16,553 nt of DNA from Deinococcales bacterium (GCA_043778225.1 JAYWGM010000081.1:1-16553); one strand, 5' to 3'; positions 7,182-15,305 are shown, numbered from the stretch's first letter. Numbers and translations: made by a program. Notes: generated by a model not told the origin, from the letters alone.

Positions 7182-7406
7182 TTATGTAAACTCGAGTTCA
7201 GCGCGTCTGCCCGCACTTGGGTCTTGGGCTACCACGGCTTTAACCAATGCCTCAAGCTTGAGTGCCACCGCAAAACTATGTGTTTGTAGTTCCTCTCCAT
7301 TTTCGTAATGGCGTAAACGAGTTGGAACACCTGTAATTTTAACGTACACACCTTCGGGAGTGGTCACGTCGTATTCCATTTTGATTTCGTTCAGAATTTG
7401 GCTCAT
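7182..7406 (-). CDS. Orphan YgiT/MqsA-like putative antitoxin
   Basis: 74 aa; 49/74 identical to 6245-6469 by hand alignment; no DUF4258-like gene upstream. Confidence 0.7.
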   Translation of the reverse strand: MSQILNEIKMEYDVTTPEGVYVKITGVPTRLRHYENGEELQTHSFAVALKLEALVKAVVAQDPSAGRRAELEFT

Positions 7407-7454
7407 AGGTTCTACCTTCATTTGGAGTTTAGCGCCTTTGGTTTTTCAAAATCA

Positions 7455-7784
7455 TTATATCATTTCAAGGATTTTATCCGATATAAGTTTTGTTTCAGCA
7501 ATGACTTTTTGTTGTTGGAGTTGACTTTCCCATGTTGTTGCCCAAGTCAATTGCCATTGCGCGAGTTGGATTTGATATTGCACCAGAATTTCTGAAATTT
7601 CAGGTGTTGTTTCAGTAGCAGTCCATTCAATAAAACGTACACTTTCAGCTAATAAGTTTCGTACACTTTCTGAAGTATTTTTCTTGGCAAATACACTCAC
7701 TCGGTTGAGATTAACTGCCAAATTGCCAAGTCGTCTCGAGATTGGGTCTTTAACAAATTTTTCTTTTCGAGCGTATTCGGTCAT
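7455..7784 (-). CDS. Hypothetical helical protein (type recalled as a DUF5674 neighbour)
   Basis: 109 aa, RLGNLAVNLNRV...ES..FIEWTA...Q.QLA.WQ; AGGAG RBS. Family link is from recall only. Confidence 0.65.
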   Translation of the reverse strand: MTEYARKEKFVKDPISRRLGNLAVNLNRVSVFAKKNTSESVRNLLAESVRFIEWTATETTPEISEILVQYQIQLAQWQLTWATTWESQLQQQKVIAETKLISDKILEMI

Positions 7785-7888
7785 GGTTTTACTCCTGCAA
7801 AGAGTTTTGTAACTATTTCTTGGATTTGTTGTCGCAAAGTAGGGTCTTGTACTGGAGTGACTTTTTCTTGAATAATTTGGATGCTCAT
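7781..7888 (-). pseudogene. 35-aa ORF, probable internally deleted DUF5674-like gene
   Basis: MSIQIIQEKVTP-VQDPTLRQQIQEIVTKLFAGVKP*; ATGA overlap with the next gene; looks like the N- and C-termini of DUF5674 joined. Confidence 0.5.
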
Positions 7889-7900
7889 GATGTCCAATTT

Positions 7901-7923
7901 GGGGTTTGCAAAATGCAAACCCC
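7901..7923. terminator. Perfect hairpin after sufB (terminator or mRNA-stabilising stem)
   Basis: GGGGTTTGCA-AAA-TGCAAACCCC, a 10-bp stem 7 nt after the sufB stop; no good U-tract on the minus strand. Confidence 0.55.
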
Positions 7924-7930
7924 TTAAATT

Positions 7931-9361
7931 CTAGCCGACGCTGCCTTCCATCTCGAGTTCAATTAAGCGGTTGAGTTCCACGGCGTACTCGAGTGGGAGT
8001 TCTTTGGCGATGGGTTCGATGAATCCGCGTACAATCAGTCCTGTTGCGGCTTCCTCGGACAACCCTCGAGACATGAGGTAGAACACTTGTTCATCGTTAA
8101 TTTTAGAAACGGTGGCTTCATGTCCAACCGAAGCAGTTTTTTCTTCAATTTCGATGTACGGGTACGTGTCAGTTCGGCTGTCATCATTTAACAAGAGCGC
8201 GTCGCATTCGACGTTGCTTTTGGCATTTTTTGCCCCGTCATAAATTTTGACTAACCCACGGTAACTCGAGCGACCATTGTTTTTGCTAATGCTTTTAGAC
8301 ACGATGCTCGAGCTTGTGTTGGGTGCAAAATGCACAACTTTGCCACCAGCGTCTTGGTGTTGCCCTGTGGTTGCCATGGCAATGCTCAGAATCTCGCCAC
8401 GAGCGCCCGGCTCGAGCAAATACGTGGCTGGGTATTTCATGGTGACTTTGCTGCCGAGGTTGCCATCCACCCATTCCATGACTGCGCCTTCGTAGACGGC
8501 TGCCCGTTGGGTCACAAGATTGTAAACATTGTGCGACCAGTTTTGAATCGTGCTGTAACGCATCCGAGCGCCTTTTTTGACAATAATTTCGATGACACCA
8601 GAGTGGAAGCTGTCCGAGGAGTAACTAGGTGCGGTGCAACCTTCGATGTAATGGGCGTAAGCACCTTCATCAATAATAATCAGGGTGCGTTCAAATTGCC
8701 CAGAATTTTCGGCATTAATCCGAAAATACGTTTGCAATGGCACTTCGACTTTTACACCTTTTGGCACATATACAAAGCTACCACCAGACCAAACGGCGCT
8801 GTTGACGGCGGCAAATTTATTGTCTTCGGGCGGAATGACTGTGCCAAAGTGTTCACGGAAGAGTTCTGGATGTTCACGCATTCCATCTTCGATAGACAAA
8901 AATATCACACCGAGCTTTTCCCATTCTTCTTTCAGGTTGTGGTAGACCATTTCTGATTCGTATTGAGCGCCAACACCTGCCAGCATTCCGCGTTCGGATT
9001 CTGGAATACCAAGTTTATCAAAAGTGCGTTTAATATCGTCTGGAACATCGTCCCAAGTTCGACTGTTGAGCATATCGGTGGGTTTGATGTAATAATAAAT
9101 GTTCTCGAGGTCAAGCCCACTTAAATCTGCGCCCCATTTTGGAATTGGTTTGCTGCGGTAAATGTCGAGCGCTTTCATGCGAAACTCGAGCATCCAAGCG
9201 GGTTCGTCTTTGGATTTACTAATCAGTTCAACCACGTCTCGAGATAAGCCTTTGGGGGCTTTAATCGTGTATTTTTCTGGTTCTGACCAGCCAAATTCGT
9301 AACCATCGTTAATTTTTCCAACGGCGGCATCGGGGATGTTATCGGAGTATTGTTGGGTCAT
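7931..9361 (-). CDS. sufB: Fe-S cluster assembly protein SufB
   Basis: 476 aa with GVGAQYESE, DNKFAAVNSAVWSGGSF, GQFERTLII, YIEGCTAP, HEATVSKI and ELEMEGSVG. Confidence 0.97.
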   Translation of the reverse strand: MTQQYSDNIPDAAVGKINDGYEFGWSEPEKYTIKAPKGLSRDVVELISKSKDEPAWMLEFRMKALDIYRSKPIPKWGADLSGLDLENIYYYIKPTDMLNSRTWDDVPDDIKRTFDKLGIPESERGMLAGVGAQYESEMVYHNLKEEWEKLGVIFLSIEDGMREHPELFREHFGTVIPPEDNKFAAVNSAVWSGGSFVYVPKGVKVEVPLQTYFRINAENSGQFERTLIIIDEGAYAHYIEGCTAPSYSSDSFHSGVIEIIVKKGARMRYSTIQNWSHNVYNLVTQRAAVYEGAVMEWVDGNLGSKVTMKYPATYLLEPGARGEILSIAMATTGQHQDAGGKVVHFAPNTSSSIVSKSISKNNGRSSYRGLVKIYDGAKNAKSNVECDALLLNDDSRTDTYPYIEIEEKTASVGHEATVSKINDEQVFYLMSRGLSEEAATGLIVRGFIEPIAKELPLEYAVELNRLIELEMEGSVG

Positions 9362-9720
9362 AAAGCTCCTTGTGAGGCAGGGGTTTTCTCGAGAATGCTG
9401 ATGAACTCTGTATAGCCGAAATCATCCATCATGCCGTTTGAACCGTACTGATAGACACGCAACTTGTATTGAAATCCAGCTTCGTGGGTAAAACCTTTAA
9501 TTGAACCATGAAAAAAAGTATTGCTGACGGAAGTATCGCGGACTTGGATGCAGTTCTGGATAGATTCTGGTGGGGCTGATGGACGTGGGTCGGTGTAGCC
9601 GCCAAAGCCTCCTGAACAAGGCTTGGTCTGTGCTGCGACTTCAACGGTTTTTACAGTCACACTGCGAACATTACAAGCAACCAAAGCTAACGCCAACGGA
9701 ACAAAAAATCTTATCTTCAT
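9358..9720 (-). CDS. DUF4377-like lipoprotein
   Basis: 120 aa from ATG 9720 (GGAGG RBS); lipobox LVAC; CIQVR...IKGFTHEAGFQYKLRV resembles DUF4377; ATGA overlap with sufB. Confidence 0.7.
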   Translation of the reverse strand: MKIRFFVPLALALVACNVRSVTVKTVEVAAQTKPCSGGFGGYTDPRPSAPPESIQNCIQVRDTSVSNTFFHGSIKGFTHEAGFQYKLRVYQYGSNGMMDDFGYTEFISILEKTPASQGAL

Positions 9721-9762
9721 ATTGCCTCCACTTTGAATTGCCTGCAAAACTTGCTCGAGAAT

Positions 9763-10524
9763 TTAGAACGCAACGACGGGTTGTGCGGCTGCAATAGCTT
9801 TAATTGGTTCGTAGCCGTTTTCCTCGAGTTCTACGGCTAATTCTTTGCCACCAGATTTTACAATGCGTCCATCGACCATGATATGCACCATGTCTGGCAC
9901 AATAAACTCGAGCAGGCGGTTGTAGTGGGTAATCATCAGGGCGCTAAAATTGGCGCTTCGCATCGCGTTGACACCCTTGGCTACAACTTTAAGGGCATCA
10001 ATATCTAAGCCAGAATCGGTTTCGTCCATCAGGGCGCAGCTTGGCTCGAGCATCAGCATTTGCAGGATTTCATTGCGTTTTTTCTCGCCGCCGCTAAAGC
10101 CTTGGTTCAAATAGCGATTGACCCAACTTTCGTCCCAGTCGAGAATCTCGAGGGCGCGGGTCAGTTTTTTATAAAAATCCATAAACTGGACTTCTTGTCC
10201 AGTGCGGGCTTGGATGGCGAGGCGCAGAAAGTTGGCGACCGTCACACCGGGAATTTCGACTGGGTACTGAAACGCCAAGTACAGCCCTTGGCGGGCGCGT
10301 TCGTCTGGCTCAAGTTCGAGGATATTCACGCCGTTGTAAAGTACCTGTCCGCGTTCAATGGTGTATTCGGGTGCGCCAGCAATGGCTTTCACAAGGGTGC
10401 TTTTACCGTTGCCGTTTGGTCCCATAATTGCATGGAATTCACCGGCGGGGACGTGCAGGTTTACACCTTTGAGAATCATTTCGCCGTCTATGCTGACCCA
10501 TAAATCTTTTATTTCGAGGTTCAC
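9763..10524 (-). CDS. sufC: Fe-S cluster assembly ATPase SufC
   Basis: Walker A GPNGNGKST, AFQYPVEIPGV, GFSGGEKKRNEILQ and DETDSGLDIDAL; GTG start with AAGGAG RBS. Confidence 0.97.
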   Translation of the reverse strand: MNLEIKDLWVSIDGEMILKGVNLHVPAGEFHAIMGPNGNGKSTLVKAIAGAPEYTIERGQVLYNGVNILELEPDERARQGLYLAFQYPVEIPGVTVANFLRLAIQARTGQEVQFMDFYKKLTRALEILDWDESWVNRYLNQGFSGGEKKRNEILQMLMLEPSCALMDETDSGLDIDALKVVAKGVNAMRSANFSALMITHYNRLLEFIVPDMVHIMVDGRIVKSGGKELAVELEENGYEPIKAIAAAQPVVAF

Positions 10525-10583
10525 GTTTTTCTCCTTGGATTCGAGCTTTTGGCGGCTCGAGGAATGCTGATTGCATTATGCTA

Positions 10584-10639
10584 TTAGGAATGATTCCTAA
10601 CTAGAGTTTAGATTACATGAGTTAGGCTGCGAATCTCAA
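10584..10639 (-). promoter_or_regulatory. Putative suf promoter with an 8-1-8 palindromic operator
   Basis: Perfect palindrome TTAGGAAT-G-ATTCCTAA at 10584-10600; minus-strand TTGAGA (10639-10634), 18 nt, TAATCT (10615-10610) just upstream. Confidence 0.6.
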
Positions 10640-10747
10640 GTCCATAAGTTGGGTTTTGCTATTCATGACCATGTATGTTGCCCTAGGGCTGGTCTACCAA
10701 GTCTTGAGTTGGGCAACCCCGAGGGACTTTCTGGTTTCGGTTTTGGG

Positions 10748-11344
10748 CTAATGCGTTTTGATGAAATTGACTGCTGCGGAGCGCACCTGCTTTTTTTGGT
10801 CTTTGGTCAGGGCGAGCCTGACTTCTAAAGGCGTGTTATACGCACCTGCCACGGCAACGCGAGTGAACTCATAAGTATCTGTGGCAAGTTTGGTGAGCAC
10901 CGAGGCTGGGCAATCTACCCTCAGCGCTGCGTAGAAACGAACATCGTCTTCGGGGTCTTGACTGAGTAATTCGTATAAATGCGCCGTCAGATTTTGATTT
11001 TGAGTTAATGCCATACGCACACTGAGTTCTGGGTGTTTGGTTAAAGTCTCGAGTAAGGTCGTGGATGTGCTGGTACTTGTGGCGACTGCTTCAACCACGG
11101 TCGGTTGTTTTTGACCAGCCAGCTTCTCGAGGATTGCCGAACTGACATTTGGGTTGTGCGCCAAGGCTTTGAGGATTGTCCATTTGCCGTGTCCACTCAG
11201 GTACTCGAGGGCGGCAACAGGTGTATTGGGATTGCTTGCCACGGCATACTGCACGGTTGGGTCGGGGGTTCGAGCCAACTCGAGTAAACGTGGTGCAAGA
11301 GTTTTTTTGCTTTTGGCTTCTTTTTTTAAGACTGCAATGTCCAT
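10748..11344 (-). CDS. HEAT/LRV (leucine-rich repeat variant) repeat protein
   Basis: ~24-aa repeats of the V..AVA.NPNTP...LE.L type; GGAG RBS; probably co-transcribed with tetR. Confidence 0.8.
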   Translation of the reverse strand: MDIAVLKKEAKSKKTLAPRLLELARTPDPTVQYAVASNPNTPVAALEYLSGHGKWTILKALAHNPNVSSAILEKLAGQKQPTVVEAVATSTSTSTTLLETLTKHPELSVRMALTQNQNLTAHLYELLSQDPEDDVRFYAALRVDCPASVLTKLATDTYEFTRVAVAGAYNTPLEVRLALTKDQKKQVRSAAVNFIKTH

Positions 11345-11360
11345 AGATTTTTCTCCGATT

Positions 11361-11996
11361 TTAAGTGCGAATAATGATACCCTCTAAAGTCTGCCGAACC
11401 ACATTTTGTGCCATGGCTTTGGCACTTTTGGCGGTGGTGGTTTTGCTGATTGGACTCTCGAGGAGAATGGTGCTGAGCCCGTGAACCACGCTCCATAAGG
11501 TTAAAGTTAAGTTCTGTGGGTCGCTTTTTTGAATTTGATTGGCAGCCTGTGCCTCGAGAATTGTAGTTTGTAGCACCGCTCGGGCATCTATTCCAGCCAC
11601 CTCGAGCGGGTCTGGAAGTCCGAACGCAGCGCAGAGTTCACGGCGAAACATAAACCGAAATTCGGCATGGTGTTCATAAGCAAACATCACATAAGCAATG
11701 CCAATCTGTTCAAGTTGCTCGAGCGGGCTGTGTTTTTTTTGCTTGGCGTTTTTTAGGGCATCGGTCAGCTTGCGAAAGGCTTCGATTGCCAAGGTACGAA
11801 TTAAATCTTGTTTATCCAAAAAGTGATGGTACGGCGCAGCAGGGGAGACGTTCGCCCGACGAGCCACTTCACGCAACGTAAAGTTGTCCACACCAATTTC
11901 GTTGGCGAGTTCTCGAGCCGCCTCGAGCAAGGTATTTTTAAGGTCGCCGTGGTGATAGCGCTCTGGTTTGACTTGGGTTGCACTTAAACTTGACAT
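11361..11996 (-). CDS. TetR/AcrR-family regulator (WHG-type C-terminal domain)
   Basis: YHHGDLK...TLREVARRANVSPAAPYHHF HTH; C-terminal LWSVVHG. Confidence 0.93.
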   Translation of the reverse strand: MSSLSATQVKPERYHHGDLKNTLLEAARELANEIGVDNFTLREVARRANVSPAAPYHHFLDKQDLIRTLAIEAFRKLTDALKNAKQKKHSPLEQLEQIGIAYVMFAYEHHAEFRFMFRRELCAAFGLPDPLEVAGIDARAVLQTTILEAQAANQIQKSDPQNLTLTLWSVVHGLSTILLESPISKTTTAKSAKAMAQNVVRQTLEGIIIRT

Positions 11997-12012
11997 TGTT
12001 TAGATTCTAGCA
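11986..12012 (-). promoter_or_regulatory. Leaderless tetR promoter with an operator over the start codon
   Basis: Minus strand TG-C-TAGAAT, 7 nt, ATG, with no RBS; imperfect palindrome AACTTGACATTGTTTAGAT also found at 13113-13131. Confidence 0.65.
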
Positions 12013-12022
12013 CAATGACCGA

Positions 12023-13027
12023 TTACTCGAGCATAAGAACTTCAGTAATTTCGGGTATCTGCCTGAGTTGTGCCATGAAACCCTCGAGTGGTTTTTGCAT
12101 CGAAAACCAAGTTTTATGAAGTTCAATCACCAGATTTACCTCTGGGTTATCCTGATAAAGATACGTGCCAGAGCGGTGTTGGTGGGGCGAAAGAATGGCA
12201 TAGATATTTCTGGTTCTGCCTTCTTCTTCTGACCACGCCAGCACTTCGGCGTATTCTGAATTGTTATTTTCGGCATAGATTCTCAGCGTTTGATCATCTA
12301 AATACAGTGGCAGATGCCCACTGTGCCATGTTTCAAAATTGTAATAACCAGAGCGGTCATCGTTTTCGTAGCTTTTGAAGGTCATCTTAAAGTGTTCAGC
12401 CAGTGTTTGAATGGTGTTTTTGTAATCCACTTGGCTGACAACGCCAATAAAAATTTCCAATTGGTTTTCGCTGTCAATTTTGAGGTTTTGCAAAAAAATT
12501 TCAAAACTTTCAAAGCGAGCAATCTCAGCAAACCCTAAAAAGCTCTTGTTATCATCATCGGTGCTGTAGGCATCATCGTCTATGATCACCACTTCTGGCG
12601 TTTCTAAAATTACTTCTGAGCGATAACCGTAATCAAAGCAAATTGTGCCATGACCGTCTAAATCCGAAAAAATAATCAGGCGTTCAGGGTAAAACGGCAT
12701 TAAGGTTTGCTTGGCTTCTAACAGGTCTTCGTCGCTGTAGGTTGCCAAAATATAATTGTTAAACTGATAGATGTAATAATCCAAGTCTAGGCGTAGCTCT
12801 CTAAAACCAGAATTAAAACTAAATTGGTCTACGCCGTTGATTTGGCTGTAGCGCACACTACCGCCATTTTGTAGTTGCATGATTTTGCGATAATTACTTG
12901 GTAGGGCAAACCCAATTTTTGCCTCAAACGCATCCAATTGTGCGGCACTTCTGCCTTGGCTATGCACATCAAAGCCTTCGGCGGGTTGCTTAAAAAAGTT
13001 TGGATATTGTCTATCACCTATTTGCAT
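12023..13027 (-). CDS. SMI1/KNR4 (SUKH) family protein
   Basis: FEAKIGFALPSNYRKIMQLQNGG motif plus ICFDY and FESFEIFL; extended C-terminal domain. Confidence 0.85.
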   Translation of the reverse strand: MQIGDRQYPNFFKQPAEGFDVHSQGRSAAQLDAFEAKIGFALPSNYRKIMQLQNGGSVRYSQINGVDQFSFNSGFRELRLDLDYYIYQFNNYILATYSDEDLLEAKQTLMPFYPERLIIFSDLDGHGTICFDYGYRSEVILETPEVVIIDDDAYSTDDDNKSFLGFAEIARFESFEIFLQNLKIDSENQLEIFIGVVSQVDYKNTIQTLAEHFKMTFKSYENDDRSGYYNFETWHSGHLPLYLDDQTLRIYAENNNSEYAEVLAWSEEEGRTRNIYAILSPHQHRSGTYLYQDNPEVNLVIELHKTWFSMQKPLEGFMAQLRQIPEITEVLMLE

Positions 13028-13056
13028 ACGACTTATTCAAACAGCTTTTTGCCTAA

Positions 13057-13077
13057 GTAGTATGGGCTTTTGCCATC
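13057..13077. repeat. Degenerate GTAG-REP copy
   Basis: GTAGTATGGGCTTTTGCCATC versus GTAGGATGGGCTTTGCCCATC at 2228. Confidence 0.6.
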
Positions 13078-13111
13078 GGTAGGTTCTCGAGCCGTGGTTT
13101 GAATAAAAAGC

Positions 13112-13176
13112 AAACTTGACAATGTTTAGATTGTAGTTTATCTTAACACTGTTCAATATCTAAGCATCGTTTAGAT
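13112..13176 (+). promoter_or_regulatory. Sigma70-type promoter with three TetR-like operators
   Basis: TTGACA (13116-13121), 17 nt, TATCTT (13139-13144); related palindromes at 13113-13131, 13140-13158 and 13158-13176. Confidence 0.7.
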
Positions 13177-13196
13177 ATATTCAAAAGGAGAAACTT

Positions 13197-14165
13197 ATGA
13201 AACATGTTATTTTTGGTACAGGACCACTCGGACGAGCCACCATGAACGCCTTACTCGCTCGAGGTGAACAAGTGCAAATGGTCAATCGCAGTGGCACAAT
13301 GCCCAACATTCCCTCGAGCATCAAAGTCCTCAAGGCTGATGCCTATAACCTCGAGAATGCTAAACAAGCGGCTCGAGGTGCAAGTATGGTTTACAACTGT
13401 ACTGCCCCAGACTACAGCACCAAACTCTGGACGACCCAACTGCCGATTTTATGGGGCAATATTCTCGAGGCGGCAGCCAGTCAGAAGGCAAAACTGGTGA
13501 TTGGCGATAATCTTTATATGTACGACCAACTTGGCACAAACATTCACGAAGATTTGCCAATGCAGAGCAGCACAGGCAAAGGAAAAGCCAGAATTGCAGT
13601 GGCTTTGCAAATGCTCCAAGCTCACAAAAAAGGTTTGGTACAAGTTGCTTTGGTGCGCGGTGCAGATTTTTTTGGCGCATATGCCGCCGACCAAAGCCAA
13701 TTTGGAACTCGAGTCATCCCACCGATGCTGCAAGGCAAGTCGGCTCAGATGCTTGGTAATCTCGAGCTTCCACACAGCATGACTTACATTAAAGATTTTG
13801 GTACAGCAATAGTTGCCGTCGCGGCAGCCGAAGATGCTTACGGGCAAGCATGGCACGTGCCAAACGCGCCCACCATCTCGAGACGCGCCATGCTCGAGCA
13901 GTTAGCCCAGATTATTGGGAAGCCACTGCAAGTTCAGGTCATGCCCAAATTCTTGATGTCGGCGCTTGGATTGTTTGTTGCGCCTTTGCGTGAAGTGGGC
14001 GAAATGATGTACCAATTCGAGCAGCCATACATTGTTAATCATGATAAATTTGTCGGTAAATTTGGCGACATCCATACGCCAATGCAAACTTCCCTCGAGC
14101 AGACTGTGGATTGGTTTAGAAGCCTCGAGCCAAAAATCAAAGGCGCATCCACCCAAGCTGCATAA
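13197..14165 (+). CDS. NAD-dependent epimerase/dehydratase (atypical SDR) family protein
   Basis: VIFGTGPLG Rossmann motif, DNLYMY, KGKAR, DFFG and GQAWHVPNAP; AAGGAG RBS. Confidence 0.88.
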   Translation: MKHVIFGTGPLGRATMNALLARGEQVQMVNRSGTMPNIPSSIKVLKADAYNLENAKQAARGASMVYNCTAPDYSTKLWTTQLPILWGNILEAAASQKAKLVIGDNLYMYDQLGTNIHEDLPMQSSTGKGKARIAVALQMLQAHKKGLVQVALVRGADFFGAYAADQSQFGTRVIPPMLQGKSAQMLGNLELPHSMTYIKDFGTAIVAVAAAEDAYGQAWHVPNAPTISRRAMLEQLAQIIGKPLQVQVMPKFLMSALGLFVAPLREVGEMMYQFEQPYIVNHDKFVGKFGDIHTPMQTSLEQTVDWFRSLEPKIKGASTQAA

Positions 14166-14321
14166 TTTTTTTTGAAAATCAAGTGGGATTTTGTACCAGA
14201 CTCGTTCTTTGGTACGACGACACCACGCCACTCAATTTATAGACTCAAATAGTCTTAAATAAAGACATCCAGCACCGTATTTTCTTGAGTGCAAAGTCAA
14301 GTATTGCCATAGGAGAAATGT

Positions 14322-15305
14322 ATGTTACTTACCAATCAACCGTCTAACCCCAATCCGCTCGAACAAGCGTGGAAAACCAATAAATCCTTAACTATTTTAC
14401 TTTTGGTTTGTCTCACCACCATGACCCTGAGCTTTCTTGGTTTATTTATTGACCCACGTCTGACCGAAATTCTGAACACGCCGACTTGGACCAAAACCTT
14501 TAAGTTCTCGATTTCTTTTGCCGTTTATGCCGCTTCTTTACTGTGGGTTTTACCGTTCCTCGAGCCTCGCTTACAAAGAAATGCCGGAATTGCAGTCAGT
14601 ATTGTCAGCAACGCCGGTCTAATCGAAGTGATTTTAATTGCCATTCAAGGATTTCGGGCTGTTCCGATGCACTTTAACGAAACCACCCCTTTCAATACCT
14701 TACTTTGGCAAATCATGACGGTTTCGATAGGTGTTTTGTTATTCAGTTATATCGCTTTTATGGTCATTGCTTGGCGTGGTATCAAAACCAATCCTGTGCT
14801 GGCGTGGGGTATCCGATTGGGTCTTGCTGTGACTCTGATTGGCTTATTGCAAGGCGGTGTGATGACTGGACCAAATTCGATGCAAATCCAAGCGATGGAT
14901 GCTGGGCAAACGTTAAGTATGGTTGGCGCTCATACGGTTGGAAACTCGAGTCTCACACCAGATAATGGTCCTGGACTGCCGCTTTTGGGTTGGAATACCA
15001 CCACTGGCGACCTTCGCATCGGGCATTTTATTGGCTTACACGCGCTACAACTGCTGCCATTTCTTGCCATTTGGCTTTCGCGTCGCCGTGAACTCTGGCT
15101 AACCGATAGATACCGTAACAACCTACTAAGTATTGCTGCATTTGGCTATCTCGGCATGATTGTACTGGTGACATGGCAAGCCTTTCGTGGACAATCGATT
15201 GTTGCGCCAGATTCCCTGACCATTAGTGTTTTTCTTGGGCTACTTGGAAGTGTTGCACTGCTGAGTTTTGGCGTACTTGCTCATGCTCGAGCCAAAAACC
15301 AATAA
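14322..15305 (+). CDS. Multi-pass membrane protein of unknown function
   Basis: About 8 hydrophobic segments; W.K.FKF.IS, HFN, GAHTVG and GDLRIGHFIGLHALQ motifs; AGGAG RBS. Confidence 0.8.
   Translation: MLLTNQPSNPNPLEQAWKTNKSLTILLLVCLTTMTLSFLGLFIDPRLTEILNTPTWTKTFKFSISFAVYAASLLWVLPFLEPRLQRNAGIAVSIVSNAGLIEVILIAIQGFRAVPMHFNETTPFNTLLWQIMTVSIGVLLFSYIAFMVIAWRGIKTNPVLAWGIRLGLAVTLIGLLQGGVMTGPNSMQIQAMDAGQTLSMVGAHTVGNSSLTPDNGPGLPLLGWNTTTGDLRIGHFIGLHALQLLPFLAIWLSRRRELWLTDRYRNNLLSIAAFGYLGMIVLVTWQAFRGQSIVAPDSLTISVFLGLLGSVALLSFGVLAHARAKNQ

Noticed and set aside
7407..7454. Possible tail of a deleted toxin (NDFEKPKALNSK*) upstream of the orphan antitoxin
   Set aside because: Too short and not alignable to the DUF4258-like gene at 6478-6792.
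1631..7930. Classical integron (attC/intI)
   Set aside because: No tyrosine recombinase in the window, and the repeats lack the RYYYAAC...GTTRRRY ends and long imperfect hairpin of attC sites.
8277..10570. Plus-strand ORFs antisense to sufB and sufC (e.g. 8330-8956, 10060-10503)
   Set aside because: Shadow ORFs of strongly conserved genes, with no recognisable motifs.
10677..10717. Inverted repeat GTTGCCC...GGGCAAC downstream of the HEAT-repeat gene
   Set aside because: Short stem, long loop and no U-tract; cannot be supported as a terminator or RNA element.
13251..15121. Alternative-frame and antisense ORFs within the epimerase and membrane protein genes
   Set aside because: They overlap well-supported genes and have no motif support.
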